Assembly (NCBI GenBank): GCA_002269645.1
Contig: NIVC01000038.1
Location: 930,001-994,000 of the forward strand
Reading direction: 5' to 3'
Length of the DNA stretch: 64,000 nt
Source: Macrostomum lignano
Taxonomy: Eukaryota
Position 1 is the first letter of the stretch. Every line of letters starts with the position of its first letter. This document shows, in pieces, positions 1-11,204 of the stretch. The notes below the pieces were generated by a model that was given only the letters and a program-made list of their open reading frames with translations, ran no database searches and had not been told where the DNA came from. The position numbers and the translations under genes were made by a program.

Positions 1-13
1 TACTTGTAACTCT

Positions 14-397
14 CAACAATTCCGATTGGTGGAGATATAAAAATGCGAGATGACATTAAAAATAAAATTGAACATATTGCAAAGAAACTTAACGCTACAA
101 TACTCACTGCAGATATTTTGAGTACAGTAATATTACTCTCAAGTCTGTATCCGTTCTCCGTGCATGGGCGCCGCATGCGGTCTTATTTCAGCAATTAGTG
201 GAGCGTTGGCACGTAATCGGCGAATAAATGAGAAAGGGGTTCACACATCAATCATCGGGTACATTTCAAAAGCTATTGAGGACAAGTTCATCTCAGAAGA
301 TGAGTTTAAAACCATCCAAAATCTTTATAATGAAACAAATAGAAAAAATCCAAGCAACTCGAATATTGAGATAAATCAGCTAAGAAATGAAATTTAA
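14..397 (+). pseudogene. Frameshifted remnant of a Maverick/Polinton-associated putative membrane-protein ORF
   Basis: Joining frames gives QQFRLVEI / MRDDIKNKIEHIAKKLNATILTADILSTVILLSSL / GAACGLISAISGALA...GYISKAIEDKFISEDEFK. From memory this resembles a Polinton-like ORF family (FRL..I start, hydrophobic core, ISKALEDG.IS.EEF end). It needs two frameshifts and lies next to the polB fragment. Confidence 0.5.
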
Positions 398-523
398 AAA
401 CATTATGTATCTTCAAGAAAAGCGTAAAAATCGAGAAAGAATTTAGAGAAAACTTAAGTAATTTTTTTAACCCCAATTTTTTTTCAACTGCCTTCCCATT
501 TCTTTACTTAGTACTTTATTTCA

Positions 524-786
524 CTAGGTTGTAAGGTTACAAAAGTTCACAGGGTCCTCGCTTTTACAGAAGAAGCGTGGCTGCGGTCTTATATAGAAAA
601 AAACACCCAATTTAGGACAGAAGCAATCGATAATTTTGATAAAGACCTGTTCAAACTGGCTATAATAACTCCGTCTACGGTAAGAATCTAGAAAACGAAC
701 GAAAAAGGGCAAACCTGAAGCTTGTTAAGTCGTCCGAGTCGGATGTTATTTTAACGAGCTTATCTGCAAAGCCCACTTTTAAAGAG
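524..786 (+). mobile_element. Maverick/Polinton protein-primed family-B DNA polymerase fragment (frameshifted)
   Basis: 524-661 reads LGCKVTKVHRVLAFTEEAWLRSYIEKNTQFRTEAIDNFDKDLFKLA. From 664 the next frame reads NNSVYGKNLENERKRANLKLV...AKPTFK, which matches the pPolB motif K.h.NNS.YGK..EN.RKR. This ORF is not in the supplied track. Confidence 0.85.
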
Positions 787-1075
787 TTGCACCAATTCAA
801 GTCAACTGGCAGTCCCGAGAGAAAGCCGCACACTGCTCGTCGGGATCAAATTCGGACATCTCGCTTCCTGGCCGGACTGAAACGGTCGATTCATGCAGCA
901 TCAGGCACAGCCATGTCCGAGCTGGCCAAGAAGCGGGCAGTCAGTCGGCCAACGATCTCGCGAGCTGTCAATCGAGACCTCGGATGCCGCAGCTTCCCGC
1001 TGAAGGTCCGGCAGCTGCTGACGGCGCAGCAGAAGGTGGCCAGAGTTGACAAGTCCTTAAACAAGTCCATAGTAG
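787..1075 (+). mobile_element. Tc1/mariner-superfamily transposase N-terminal fragment (HTH region), truncated
   Basis: FKSTGSPERKPHTARRDQIRT...MSELAKKRAVSRPTISRAVNRDLGCRSFPLKVRQLLTAQQKVARV fits the paired-like HTH and linker of Tc1/mariner (maT/DD37D-like) transposases. No DDD/E domain follows. Confidence 0.7.
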
Positions 1076-1905
1076 CTATGGGCTATAGTAGCACCCAATA
1101 AGGCACTCATTCCAGGTCTTGAGTCCTGGTCCCAATCTGGGCTGCTCAGGCTATATCCCCTGGTAGGCTAGATAAGCCCCCTAAGCTATAGCGGCGGAGC
1201 CCTAGCTTCCTTGGGCTGATCCGCAGTTAGCTCCCGGCTTCCGGCCTTCCTTCGTTTAACAGCATTTATCCTAAATCGGTGCCGAAACGAAAAATGCGGG
1301 ACATGCACGCAAGGACTTCTAGACTAGAAGCTAGTCTAGAAGTCCTTGCATGCACGCCCAGATTATGCTGCTAATTCTTGTTCTAAGCTTTTAAAAATGT
1401 GTTTGTATTGTATGCATAAGTCGTACTGCCCCCGCAGGGTGCAGGGAGTGCTGCTGCTAACGCGTACTTGCAGACACCTTGTGCCATGAAGTGAGGACTG
1501 CTGGCTTAAGAAAGTTTTGGTATTTTTATTGTCTTTGATGGGCCACTCTCGTTATTAGAGCTTAACTGTTAAATTATTTTATTGAACAGGCTTTTGGTGA
1601 TGGATAAGCTCAGTAGCTCATTCCTAATTATTGTACTTATACATTTCGAATTATAATCGTGGGATTAAAATCTTTCACATGCGGTACGGAACCGCCTTGG
1701 CTACGACATATGTTGCTTTAGATTTGTTTAAAGTGTTATAATAGCCGCGAATTTATGATTTTCCTACAATCTTCGAAATAAAACTTCTTTTTCGATTCAA
1801 CACAGAGATACGGATGTTAATCGAAGGTTCTAGGAATTTGGAAACGCCTTAGCGAGTTCAATTTTTCTTATTTAGGGCCTGCTATATCCTACTTATACAG
1901 GTAAA

Positions 1906-4769
1906 ATGGCCTTATTAATTGGTCCCTCTAGCGTTGGTAAAAGTTTGCTCCTTAAACGACTTACCACAGACGAAAAAGATAAAGAACTAGTTGCGACTGT
2001 ACCATCGGTAAGTTTTTTGCCAATGGCATTTTTAAGTTAAGTTTTGTACTGATAATAGGAGAATTTGTGAAATTTCATGCTTTTGCCTTCAGAATCGTTA
2101 AATTCTAACTTTACCAAAACTAACTTGTGATTAAAAGTAGTTTAAATTTAATAGTGTAGATGACATTATATCATTTTTGTGTTATGGAAATATAAATTAA
2201 GCATAGGATTATGTTGTGTGCGCTAACTTTTGCAGTGAAAAGTTAAACCTAAGTGTCTTGATCAAAAGAAACAATTTGTTCTAAGTAGGTTGAGCTATAG
2301 ATAGAACCCCTAACTTTCTATTATAAGTCAAATGCTCTAATAACTTAGCTATGTTAGAGACTGACTTTTTAGTATTGTATAATTTGAGAAATTTTAAATT
2401 TAAAGTGTTAGTATAACTAAAGCCCAGTTTTATAATTTTGCATCTAACATTTTTTTGTATAATATAATCCACTATACCTACATTAAAATGCTTTTTGATA
2501 GGCATTTGTCTATTTTTATGGAAGCCCTTAATTTGTTTAAAAACATATTTAATTATTTCTTATAAAGCTTTTACTAGGCCTATCCAAATAGAACTTTCCC
2601 CATAATAAAACATGTGTTTTAGCAAATAAATTGGTTAATGCTAGGCTTTAAAGGATTGAAAATTCAAAAAGCATATTTTTTCCAATGTCAAATAGATGTT
2701 TTACTATTAATCTATCATTATATTTGTAAGAATGCCATAAAAAACCAAATTTTTACTTAGGCTTATTTGACCTTATTATATTTAGGTCTATAACAAATTA
2801 TAGACATAAGGCTTTTTTATTAGGCATTTCTTGCTATTATTATAATTTGCCATTATAGGATACTTTTATTATGGGTATAAGAAGCAGAAGTAGATTTATG
2901 GGGGGGGGAGGGCAGCCACCCCCTCAAAATAGCTTGATAGAACATATTGTACCCCACAAAAATTTAAGTTTGTGCTCTTTTAACTTGATGTTTTGCCCTT
3001 TGCATGCATTTTTTGTGCCTTTAGCTTAAAAATTGGTGCCTCTTATACTTGTATTGGCACCCCAAACTTAGGTTGCCCCCAAATTGAAATTCTAGATTTG
3101 CCATTATATAGGGGCATAATAACTGATAAAACCATTATATTTCCATAGTTTTAACTACAACAGCAGTTTTTTATAGACATTTATTGCTATTGTTGGAATT
3201 TGTAATTTATAATTAAAGCAAAAATATGTTTTTTTCCAATTTTCATTGACCCATATTATCAATAAAAGCTATTTTGTTTTATTTTGCAATTTAAAATAAT
3301 AAAAAATTATAATCAATCAATAATTTGTAAAATTAGAACTTGTTAATTTGATAATTATCAGATCAAATTCAAAGAAAAATATTGTAAATACTACATTTTA
3401 TTGTAACGATCTAATGCAAATTTTATTTACCTAAAGATCTTAGGTCCAAAAATTAAGGATCTGCTATGCTTCTGACTTGAATCATATTCCAGTAGTATTA
3501 ATCTGTTCATATGCACCTGTCATATTAACAGATTGGCACAAGCCTGGTTAAAGTGCAAGTCAGTCGAAAAAAGTCTGTCACAATTCGCGAACTTGGAGGC
3601 TCAATGGCACCTGTTTGGCCAGACTATTATAGCGATGTGGCTGCCATCATTGTGAGTTTAGCAGCTTTGTAATTAGACTCTGTTAAAATGATGACAAACT
3701 ATACCCATATCCTCAGTCGCTTGGCCAGCCTCCCAGATCCCCAGTTGCTAGGCCAGCCTCCCAGATCCTCAGTTGCTGGGCTAGCCTCCCAGATCCTCAG
3801 TTGCTGGGCCAGCCTCCCAGACCCTCAGTTGCTGGGCCAGCCTCCCAGATCCTCAGTTGCTGGGCCAGCCTCCCAGATCCTCAGTTGCTGGGCCACCAGC
3901 CCCCAGATCCTTAGTTGATTGGCTACCAGCCTCCCAGATCCTCAGTTGCTGGGCGCTGGGCCACCAGCCTCCCAGATCCTCAGTTGCTTGGCCACCAGCC
4001 CCCCAGATCCTCAGTTGCTTGGCCACCAGCCTCCCAGATCCTCAGTTGCTGGGCCACCAGTCTCCCATATCCTCAGTTGCTGGCCACCAGCCTCCCAGAT
4101 CCTCAGTTGCTGGGCCACCAGCCTCCCATATCCTCAGTTGCTGCACCAGCCTCTCAGATCGTCAGTTGCTGCACCAGCCTCCCAGATCCTCAGTTGCTGC
4201 ACCAGCCTCCCAGATCCTCAGTTGCTGGGCCACCAGCCCCCAGATCCTCAGTTGCTGCGCTAGCGTTGCAGATCCTCAGTTGCTGTGTTACTGTCACCCT
4301 GTTAGATCCACAAGGCAAATAACACTTGTAATGCATTTAAATTCAATATGAGTATAATATGCGTAATAAATAAATATTGTCACCCACACTGCCAACTTAT
4401 CCATGCAGTTTGTAGTTGACGCATCAAACCTGCAGCAGGTTGGTGCTGCCACCATCCAGTTCATTCACCTGTTGAACAGTCCGCAAACTCAGAGCTCCAA
4501 AATTTTGCTGTTGTTTAATAAACTGTGAGTGACCTGACTGTCTCTTCGCTTCATTCATCATATCATTTGTTCACTAAATATGATTCATGTGTGCAATTCA
4601 TTCCAGCGACCTTGTAACATCAGAAGCTGACAAAGGCAAATTTATGCACCTATTCATGCTGGACGATATACTTCGTCACTCCAGACAAGAGGTGTCTGTT
4701 GCCGAAGTTTCCGCTCTTAATAGAACCGGCTTTGCCGCCATGAAAGAGTGGCTTGAACTTTGTGCTTGA
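1906..4769 (+). CDS. ARL16: ADP-ribosylation factor-like protein 16; exons 1906-2007, 3532-3651, 4409-4524, 4607-4769
   Basis: The spliced product is MALLIGPSSVGKSLLLKRL...TVPS/IGTSL...TIRELGGSMAPVWPDYY/FVVDASN...LLFNKLD...EVSALNRTG. It has a P-loop, the ARL16-typical RELGG switch II and NKxD. All introns are GT..AG and the phases are consistent. Confidence 0.93.
2880..3105. mobile_element. Possible degenerate MITE in ARL16 intron 1
   Basis: GC-richer island with gtagatttatgggggggggag at the left and gaaattctagatttgcca at the right, resembling decayed terminal inverted repeats. Confidence 0.25.
3716..4290. repeat. Minisatellite (~24-27 bp, cctcccagatcctcagttgctgggccag) in ARL16 intron 2
   Basis: Tandem copies are directly visible and explain the ORFs at 3688-4351. 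Confidence 0.95.
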
Positions 4770-4805
4770 CTCTATTCAGTTTATTGTGTACTACAAACAT
4801 ATCGC

Positions 4806-5400
4806 TAGTGGACTGCCCAACCTCGCCCAAGCCCCTATGGACTAGCCGACCAATCAGCGATTGCCCTCCTCACTCCCTGCCCGACCTCCATAGACTAGCC
4901 GACCAATCAGCGATTGCCCCGCCTCACTCCCTGCCCAACCCCGCCAAGCCCCTATGGACTAGCCGACCAATCAGCGATTGCCCTCCTCACTTCCTGCCCA
5001 ACCTTCATTGACTAGCCGACCAATCAGCGATCGCCCCGCCTCACTCCCTGCCCAACCCCGCCCAAGCCCCTATGGACTAGCCGACCAATCAGCGATTGCC
5101 CTCCTCACTTCCTGCCCAACCTTCATTGACTAGCCGACCAATCAGCGATCGCCCCGCCTCACTCCCTGCCCAACCCCGCCCAAGCCCCTATGGACTAGCC
5201 GACCAATCAGCGATCGCCCCGCCTCACTCCCTGCCCAACCTCGCCCAAGCCCCTATGGACTAGCCGACCAATCAGCGATTGCCCTCCTCACTCCCTGCCC
5301 AACCTCCATTGACTAGCCGACCAATCAGCGATCGCCCCGCCTCACTCCCTGCCCAACCCCGCCCAAGCCCCTATGGACTAGCCGACCAATCAGCGATTGA
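4806..5400. repeat. Minisatellite (~50-65 bp units) carrying GACCAATCAG and CCCCGCC motifs, between ARL16 and the caspase
   Basis: Ten copies of gactagccgaccaatcagcga. Confidence 0.95.
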
Positions 5401-5755
5401 CCATCTCATCCCTGCACTAAAAGTTAATGTGATCAATGTTTCTATATCTTTTTAATACTATTTGTTCTTTTTATCTGTAATCTTTGTCGCTTTTTTGTAT
5501 GCGACTTTGTTAAGCATTCTATCTTATAACTTTTACGCATTATCAAAACGTGATAGAATATTTATTTGAAGATCAGAAATACTACTTAGTAGATTTTTAT
5601 TGTGCGAGCGTATTTGAACTGTAAATAAAAAAACTTACGATTTTTAATTTTAGCTCACTTTTCATTTTAAAACGTTTAGTTTCTTTAAAGAGAACAATAA
5701 AAACTTTTGCGTCTGTTTAAACGCAATTGTATTTATTGATTGACTTTGCAGCCAA

Positions 5756-8754
5756 ATGGCGGACTCGAGCGATGCCGCGGTGAGGCCAAAAAACGAGAAA
5801 AAACGGCGAACTGAACGCGGGAGATCTGGCGGCTTTTTGTCGCTTTTCGGTTGCGCCAGTTCAAAGAGTTCCTCGCCTCCTCCGATTGCTAAGTCGGAGC
5901 AGAGGACTGAGCAAGTTGCTGCTCCACCTGCTGTCAATCATAACAGCACCGCTGCTCCTGCTGCTGCAGCGGCTGCCCACTCTTCTGCTGGTGCTAAAGA
6001 GTATGCTTATTGTGCTTTGTTTTTTATAGTTTTATGTACTTATTTTCAACCCCTTCTTTTCCACCACCCCACATATCTCTACCCCTCCTGTGCACCCACC
6101 CCACTTATCTCTCTACCCCTCCTGTGCACCCACCCCACTTATCTCTCTACCCCTCCTGTGCACCCACCCAAATTTTCTCTCTACCCCTCCTGTGCACCCA
6201 CCCCACTTATCTCTCTACCCCTCCTGTGCACCCACCCAAATTTTCTCTCTACTCCTCCTGTGCACCCACCCCACTTATCTCTCTACCCCTCCTGTGCACC
6301 CACCCCAATTTTCTCTCTACCCTCCTGTGCACCCACCCCATTCTCTCTATATCTTCTATTGGCCACCGACTTTCCAGAGCGGCAACTGTCAGCGATCAAT
6401 CATTTGACCCGAAGCACGTGTACAACATGAGACACCGGAGCAGAGGCCTGGCTTTGATATTCAACTTTCAACAGTTCCTACCCGAGACCAACCTGTCCTA
6501 TCGACACGGCTCGGATAAGGACCTTAACAATGTAGTGGCCTCGTTCAAGCGGCTGCAGTTTCAGGTGCACAAGTTCAGCAACCTGTATGCTGTTGAGTTT
6601 CTTAGCCAGCTGAAACAAGGTATGGTTTTTAATTTTCGGTTTAAAAAAGAATCTCCATTTTTTCATAAAATAATTTTTGTAGTTTATTACTCTGAAATCT
6701 CACCCTTAAATTCTGAGATCTCACGTTAAGATACTGGAATCTCACCCTAAATATTAAAATCTCACCCTAAGATACTGAAATCTCATCCTAAGCTACTGAT
6801 ATCTCACCCTAAGCTACTGATATCTCACCCTAAGCTACTGATATCTCACCTAAAGATACTGAAATCTCACTCTAAGGTACTGAAATCTCACCATAAGGTA
6901 CTGAAATCTCACCCTAAGATACTGAAATCTCACCCTAAGCTACTGATATCTCACCCTAAGCTACTGATATCTCACCCTAAGATACTGAAATCTCACCCTA
7001 AGATACTGAAATCTCATCCTAACGTACTGAAATCTCACCCTAAGTTACTGAAATCTCATCCTAAGTTACTGAAATCTCATCCTAAGTTACTGAAATCTCA
7101 CCCTAAGATACTGGAATCTCACCTAAGATACTGAAATCTCACCGTAGGATACTGAAATCTCACCGTAGGATACTGAAATCTCACCGTAGGATACTGAAAT
7201 CTCACCGTAGGATACTGAAATCTCACCGTAGGATACTGAAATCTCACCCCAAAATACTGAAAACCACCCTAACGTACTGAAACCTCACCTAAGATACTGA
7301 ATCTCACCCTAAGATACAGAAATCTCACCCTAAGATACAGAAATCTCACCCTTAGATACTGAAATCTCACCCTAACGTCCTGAAATCTTACTCTAAGATA
7401 CTGAAGTCTCACTCTAAATTTGAAGTTTTCATCCGCGAGTTTTCAATCTAGGAAAGAATGCACAAAAATGTTCACAAAGATACTCGAACGACTTTCTCGC
7501 TACTCCTGCCCAGTGTCCGAGGTGAACCACAGCGACCACGACGCTATTGCCATAGTGATCATGTCCCACGGCGAGGAGGGCGTCATCTTTGCCAGCGACG
7601 GAGGCATCCCCCTGGTTGAGGTGTTCGAGCCTATCAGACAATGTCCCTCTCTGGTTGGCAAGCCAAAACTCTTCTTTTTGCAGGCCTGTCGTGGCAGCAA
7701 GTTCGACCCCGGCAAAGAGCAGGTAAGGATTGCTTCAAATTTGAACCTGTAAATCACTTGTGTCATTGAACAACTGGCCACTAAAACTGTTAATCACTTG
7801 TCACTTGATCTGTCATTGAACCTGTCAATCACTTGCTCTTGACCTGCCACTGAACCTGCCAATCACCTGTCACTTGACCTGCCACTGAACCTGCCAATCA
7901 CCTGTCACTTGACCTGTCAATCACCTGTCACTTGTCCTGTCACTGAACCTGCCAATCACCTGTCACTTGACCTGTCAATCACTTGTCACTTGACCTGTCA
8001 CAGGACCTGTCAATCACCTGTCACTTGACCTGTCACTGGACCTGCCAATCACCTGTCAATCACTTGTCACTTGACCTGTCACTGAACCTGCCAATCACTT
8101 GTCACTTGACCTGTCACAGGACCTGTCAATCACCTGTCACTGGACCTGCCAATCACCTGTCAATCACTTGTCACTTGACCTGTCACTGAACCTGCCAATC
8201 ACCTGTCACTTGACCTGTCACTGAACCTGCCAATCACCTGTCACTTGACCTGTCACTGAACCTGTGAATCACTTAACTTTGAACTCATTAAGTGACAGGT
8301 GAAGTGATAGGTAATGAACTCGAAGTCATTACTGTTTTCAAAGTTACATGTAACTCAAAGCTGAAATATTTTACCATAAACCTGTCAGACGGACTCCGGT
8401 GTGGAGGAGACTGAACCCGAGGCCTTCAGACGCGCTTTGGACGCCGCTGACGGCATCAAGACCATCCAGCGGCTGCCGACTGATGCAGACTTCCTCATCT
8501 GCTATTCGGTGGTGCCTGGCTATTTCTCCTGGCGCAATGGCACCCACGGATCCTGGTTTGTGCAGAAACTGACCGAGGTCCTGGCTGAGACAGACTGCTC
8601 CAAGGTTGAGTTCATGCGAGTCATGACTCGGGTTAACCGGGCGGTGGCCTACGAGTTTGAGTCGCACACGAACAATCCTCACCTGGATAGAAAGAAGCAA
8701 GTGCCATCTATTGTGTCCATGCTTACTAAGGAGCTGTACTTTCCATCGAAGTGA
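5756..8754 (+). CDS. Effector caspase (caspase-3/7-like); exons 5756-6000, 6378-6619, 7514-7722, 8389-8754
   Basis: Motifs YNMRHRSRGLALIFN, MSHG, KPKLFFLQACRG, a linker with EQTD/SG and DAAD/G sites, DFLICYSVVPGYFSWRN, GSWFVQ and KQVPSIVSMLTK. Short prodomain. Splice phases 2, 1, 0 are consistent. Confidence 0.95.
6050..6350. repeat. Pyrimidine-rich minisatellite (~34 bp) in caspase intron 1
   Basis: ctctctacccctcctgtgcacccacccc units. Confidence 0.9.
6700..7420. repeat. 22-bp minisatellite (gatactgaaatctcaccctaa) in caspase intron 2
   Basis: About 30 tandem copies are visible. Confidence 0.95.
7780..8275. repeat. Minisatellite (cctgtcaatcacctgtcacttga-type) in caspase intron 3
   Basis: Tandem copies are visible. 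Confidence 0.9.
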
Positions 8755-9579
8755 CTCGCGCTCGTAAAGGCGAAGTTTATGAATAACTAAATATTTTACT
8801 TCAAATTTTAAAGAGAAAAATAAGTGATTTCCTTGATGCTGTTTTGGGACTGTTACGAGTATTAGTGTTGTATGAAATAAGGTTAGATGTGTCTGTTTAA
8901 TTAAATCAGTTTTCTTAACGAGTATTAAATGCTTGTTATTGATTTTAACAAAACCAAATAAAGTTGCTTTCAATTCATTTTAATCGTCTTCTTCTGCATT
9001 CTAAAAAATTGTTTTGTTATTCGATTTTATAGGCTTACTCATCCGCGAAATATCCTACTTATGCTACTTACAGTAATTGCTTTACTGCTCAGTAAGTAGT
9101 GCAGCTCGATTGCGAATACAATTTTGTGCAATAGTAACTTAATTTTTGTACTTATAATTAGATAAGCTTGTTTTGCCATATATTCACTCTATTTGAATAT
9201 TTCAGTTTGACTGGTGACAATGCCTGTGCGGATTACTCGTATTTTACATGCGCTGTGTTTCTATTTTTTACTTTGTGTCAAAATATCAGTCTATTTAATT
9301 ACTTTACTGGTTAAAATTTTTATAACATCATAAATGAACCATTTTTGCGCGATATGCTACTTAAAGTACGTGTGTACACCGATTTTTTATCTTGGTCAAC
9401 AATTACACGAAAATCAATTTTTTGTCAACTTGATTGTCGCAGGCCTGCTATCAAATAATTTAAATACTTTCTCTTTTTATTTAAAAAAATTCTTTTCTAA
9501 TTATTCTGTAAATTATTTAAACGGACGTTGTGTACTTTTACCATTCTGATAGGTGACGAAAATCACCTTTGGAAACATG

Positions 9580-9935
9580 TTTTTCGATACATATCGGCAA
9601 TTGTGTCACTAATAATAATCCGGTTTAGTTTTAATTAAGCAGAGACGGTGCTCAGCACGGTGAGAATCTGCTCTGACAAAGTGGAATGTTGCCATCCGCA
9701 TCAGATTCGAGCAGCTGGACCAGCTCCTCCACTTTGCTGGGGTCTATTAACACCTCATCTAATGCTCATCTAACACCTTCGGATGACGGTTATAGATGTT
9801 ACATATGAGTGTCATATGGGTGTTAGATATGATTGTTAGTTATGGGTGTTAGATATGGATGTTAGGAGTAGTTATGGGTATTAGATATATATGTTACGAG
9901 TAGATTTGGATGTTAGATTTAGGAGTTAGATATGA
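9580..9935 (-). pseudogene. Decayed partial duplicate of the calmodulin-like gene last exon, 3' flank and adjacent intron
   Basis: It shares tttttcgatacatatcggcaattg, aattaagcagagacggtgct, aagtggaatgttgccatcc and cgagcagctggaccagctcctccact with 23983-24150, and then gacggttat plus ttagatatg repeats with 24226-24720. It carries indels and lacks part of the exon. Confidence 0.85.
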
Positions 9936-10261
9936 CTGCTCTTGGTGAAAAAAACAGGTGGGTGATAATCATCGTAATTCAGCAGACCCCATAAAAAAGC
10001 AGCATTCCCAGCATCTATTATAAGCGCATGCGGATGCCGATATTCTAGGCTATCACCTGTAAGCTTCATAGCTGCCCTGAGCAGCATATAGTCCCTATAA
10101 ATTATTTAAATAAATGGCCAGAGGGGATCCATGAGCCCACCAGAGATTCAGAGGCTTAGTCTGGGAAAAAAATTGCAAATTTATTTAAAAGCCTGGCAGA
10201 GCAACTGCACAGGTCTCCATCTCCAAGCTCAGTTATTCCCAGCAGCCGCTGTCAGCTTCAA

Positions 10262-11204
10262 ATGGATTCTCCTAGCAACGGAGTTTTCCTGTGATTTTTC
10301 GCTGCCATTCTCATAGTAGATGTGGCGAGTCAGTCTTCGGTCAGCCAGCACAGGCAGACAGATTCAAAGTGTCTGAACTTGTCGCTCTCGGTGTGGCAGC
10401 TGCCGCGACCCTCCGCCTCCCTGCTCGACTGCTTCGTGTCGAGTCGGTCGTTCCGTCTCGGCAGCGTCGGCGTGGTGCAGCGGAACAAGCGAGACGCCTC
10501 CTGCGCGCTGTTCCGCTTCGGTGAGGTGTGCCGCCTGCTCAACATGACCAGCTCGTCTACACCGACTGAGGCAGTGGCCACTGAGAGCACCTCATGGGTG
10601 GTGGACTCGGAGTACGACGCGATCGCTGCGAACGAGCACTTCAGCGCTGTGTGGGTCGGAGACAGGGGACCGGCGCTGGAGAACCTGGTGTGCGGCTCCG
10701 AGGGACAGAAGAACCCCATGAGGTCCAGCGGTGTCTCGTGGACGAACGAAGGCGCTCGCATGGACGGAGTCTCGTCTCGGCTGTGGGTGGACGACCCCAC
10801 AGGTCTGGACTTCACGGCGTCCTACACCTGGGTGCTGCACCTGAAGAGAACACCGGGTGATCAATGTTTCATGGAGCTGTCTGCAGATGCCGCAGCAGGA
10901 GGTGGCCCAGCCGATCATTTCTGGGGGTACAGCAGCGTTCCTGGTTTGAAGCGCTGTTTGCACCTGTTTCCAGGTGCACCCATGGCTTACCAAACAGTTC
11001 GTCATTGTTGGATTGTCGTTTAACAGATCGGCGCCCAGGTGCAAGTTCTTCTTCGAGACTGCGTTTGTGCCGGAGACTTTCAACAAAACGCAAACCGTTG
11101 TGTTCAACCAAACCGGTGCTGGCCGGTGCTATAATTCAGAAAGATTTTTTTCGTTTCAAAAATTGACAACTTGTTTCACAAGTGTTATTGTTTTGCGATT
11201 TTAA
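10262..11204 (+). pseudogene. Disrupted single-exon gene for a secreted protein (Cys-containing N-terminal region plus possible concanavalin A/LamG-like domain)
   Basis: An in-frame ATG at 10262 gives MDSPSNGVFL*FFAAILIVDVAS, a signal peptide broken by TGA at 10292. GC-rich coding sequence continues to 10978. Removing one C at 10979-10981 extends it as GAPWLTKQFVIVGLSFNRSAPRCKFFFE to a stop at 11204. The domain call is inference. Confidence 0.6.

Noticed and set aside
5845-5875. Internal GCASSKSS motif in the caspase prodomain, resembling an N-myristoylation signal
   Set aside because: The Gly is preceded by Phe, not Met or Asp, and there is no AG acceptor before it, so I see no route to expose it as an N-terminus.
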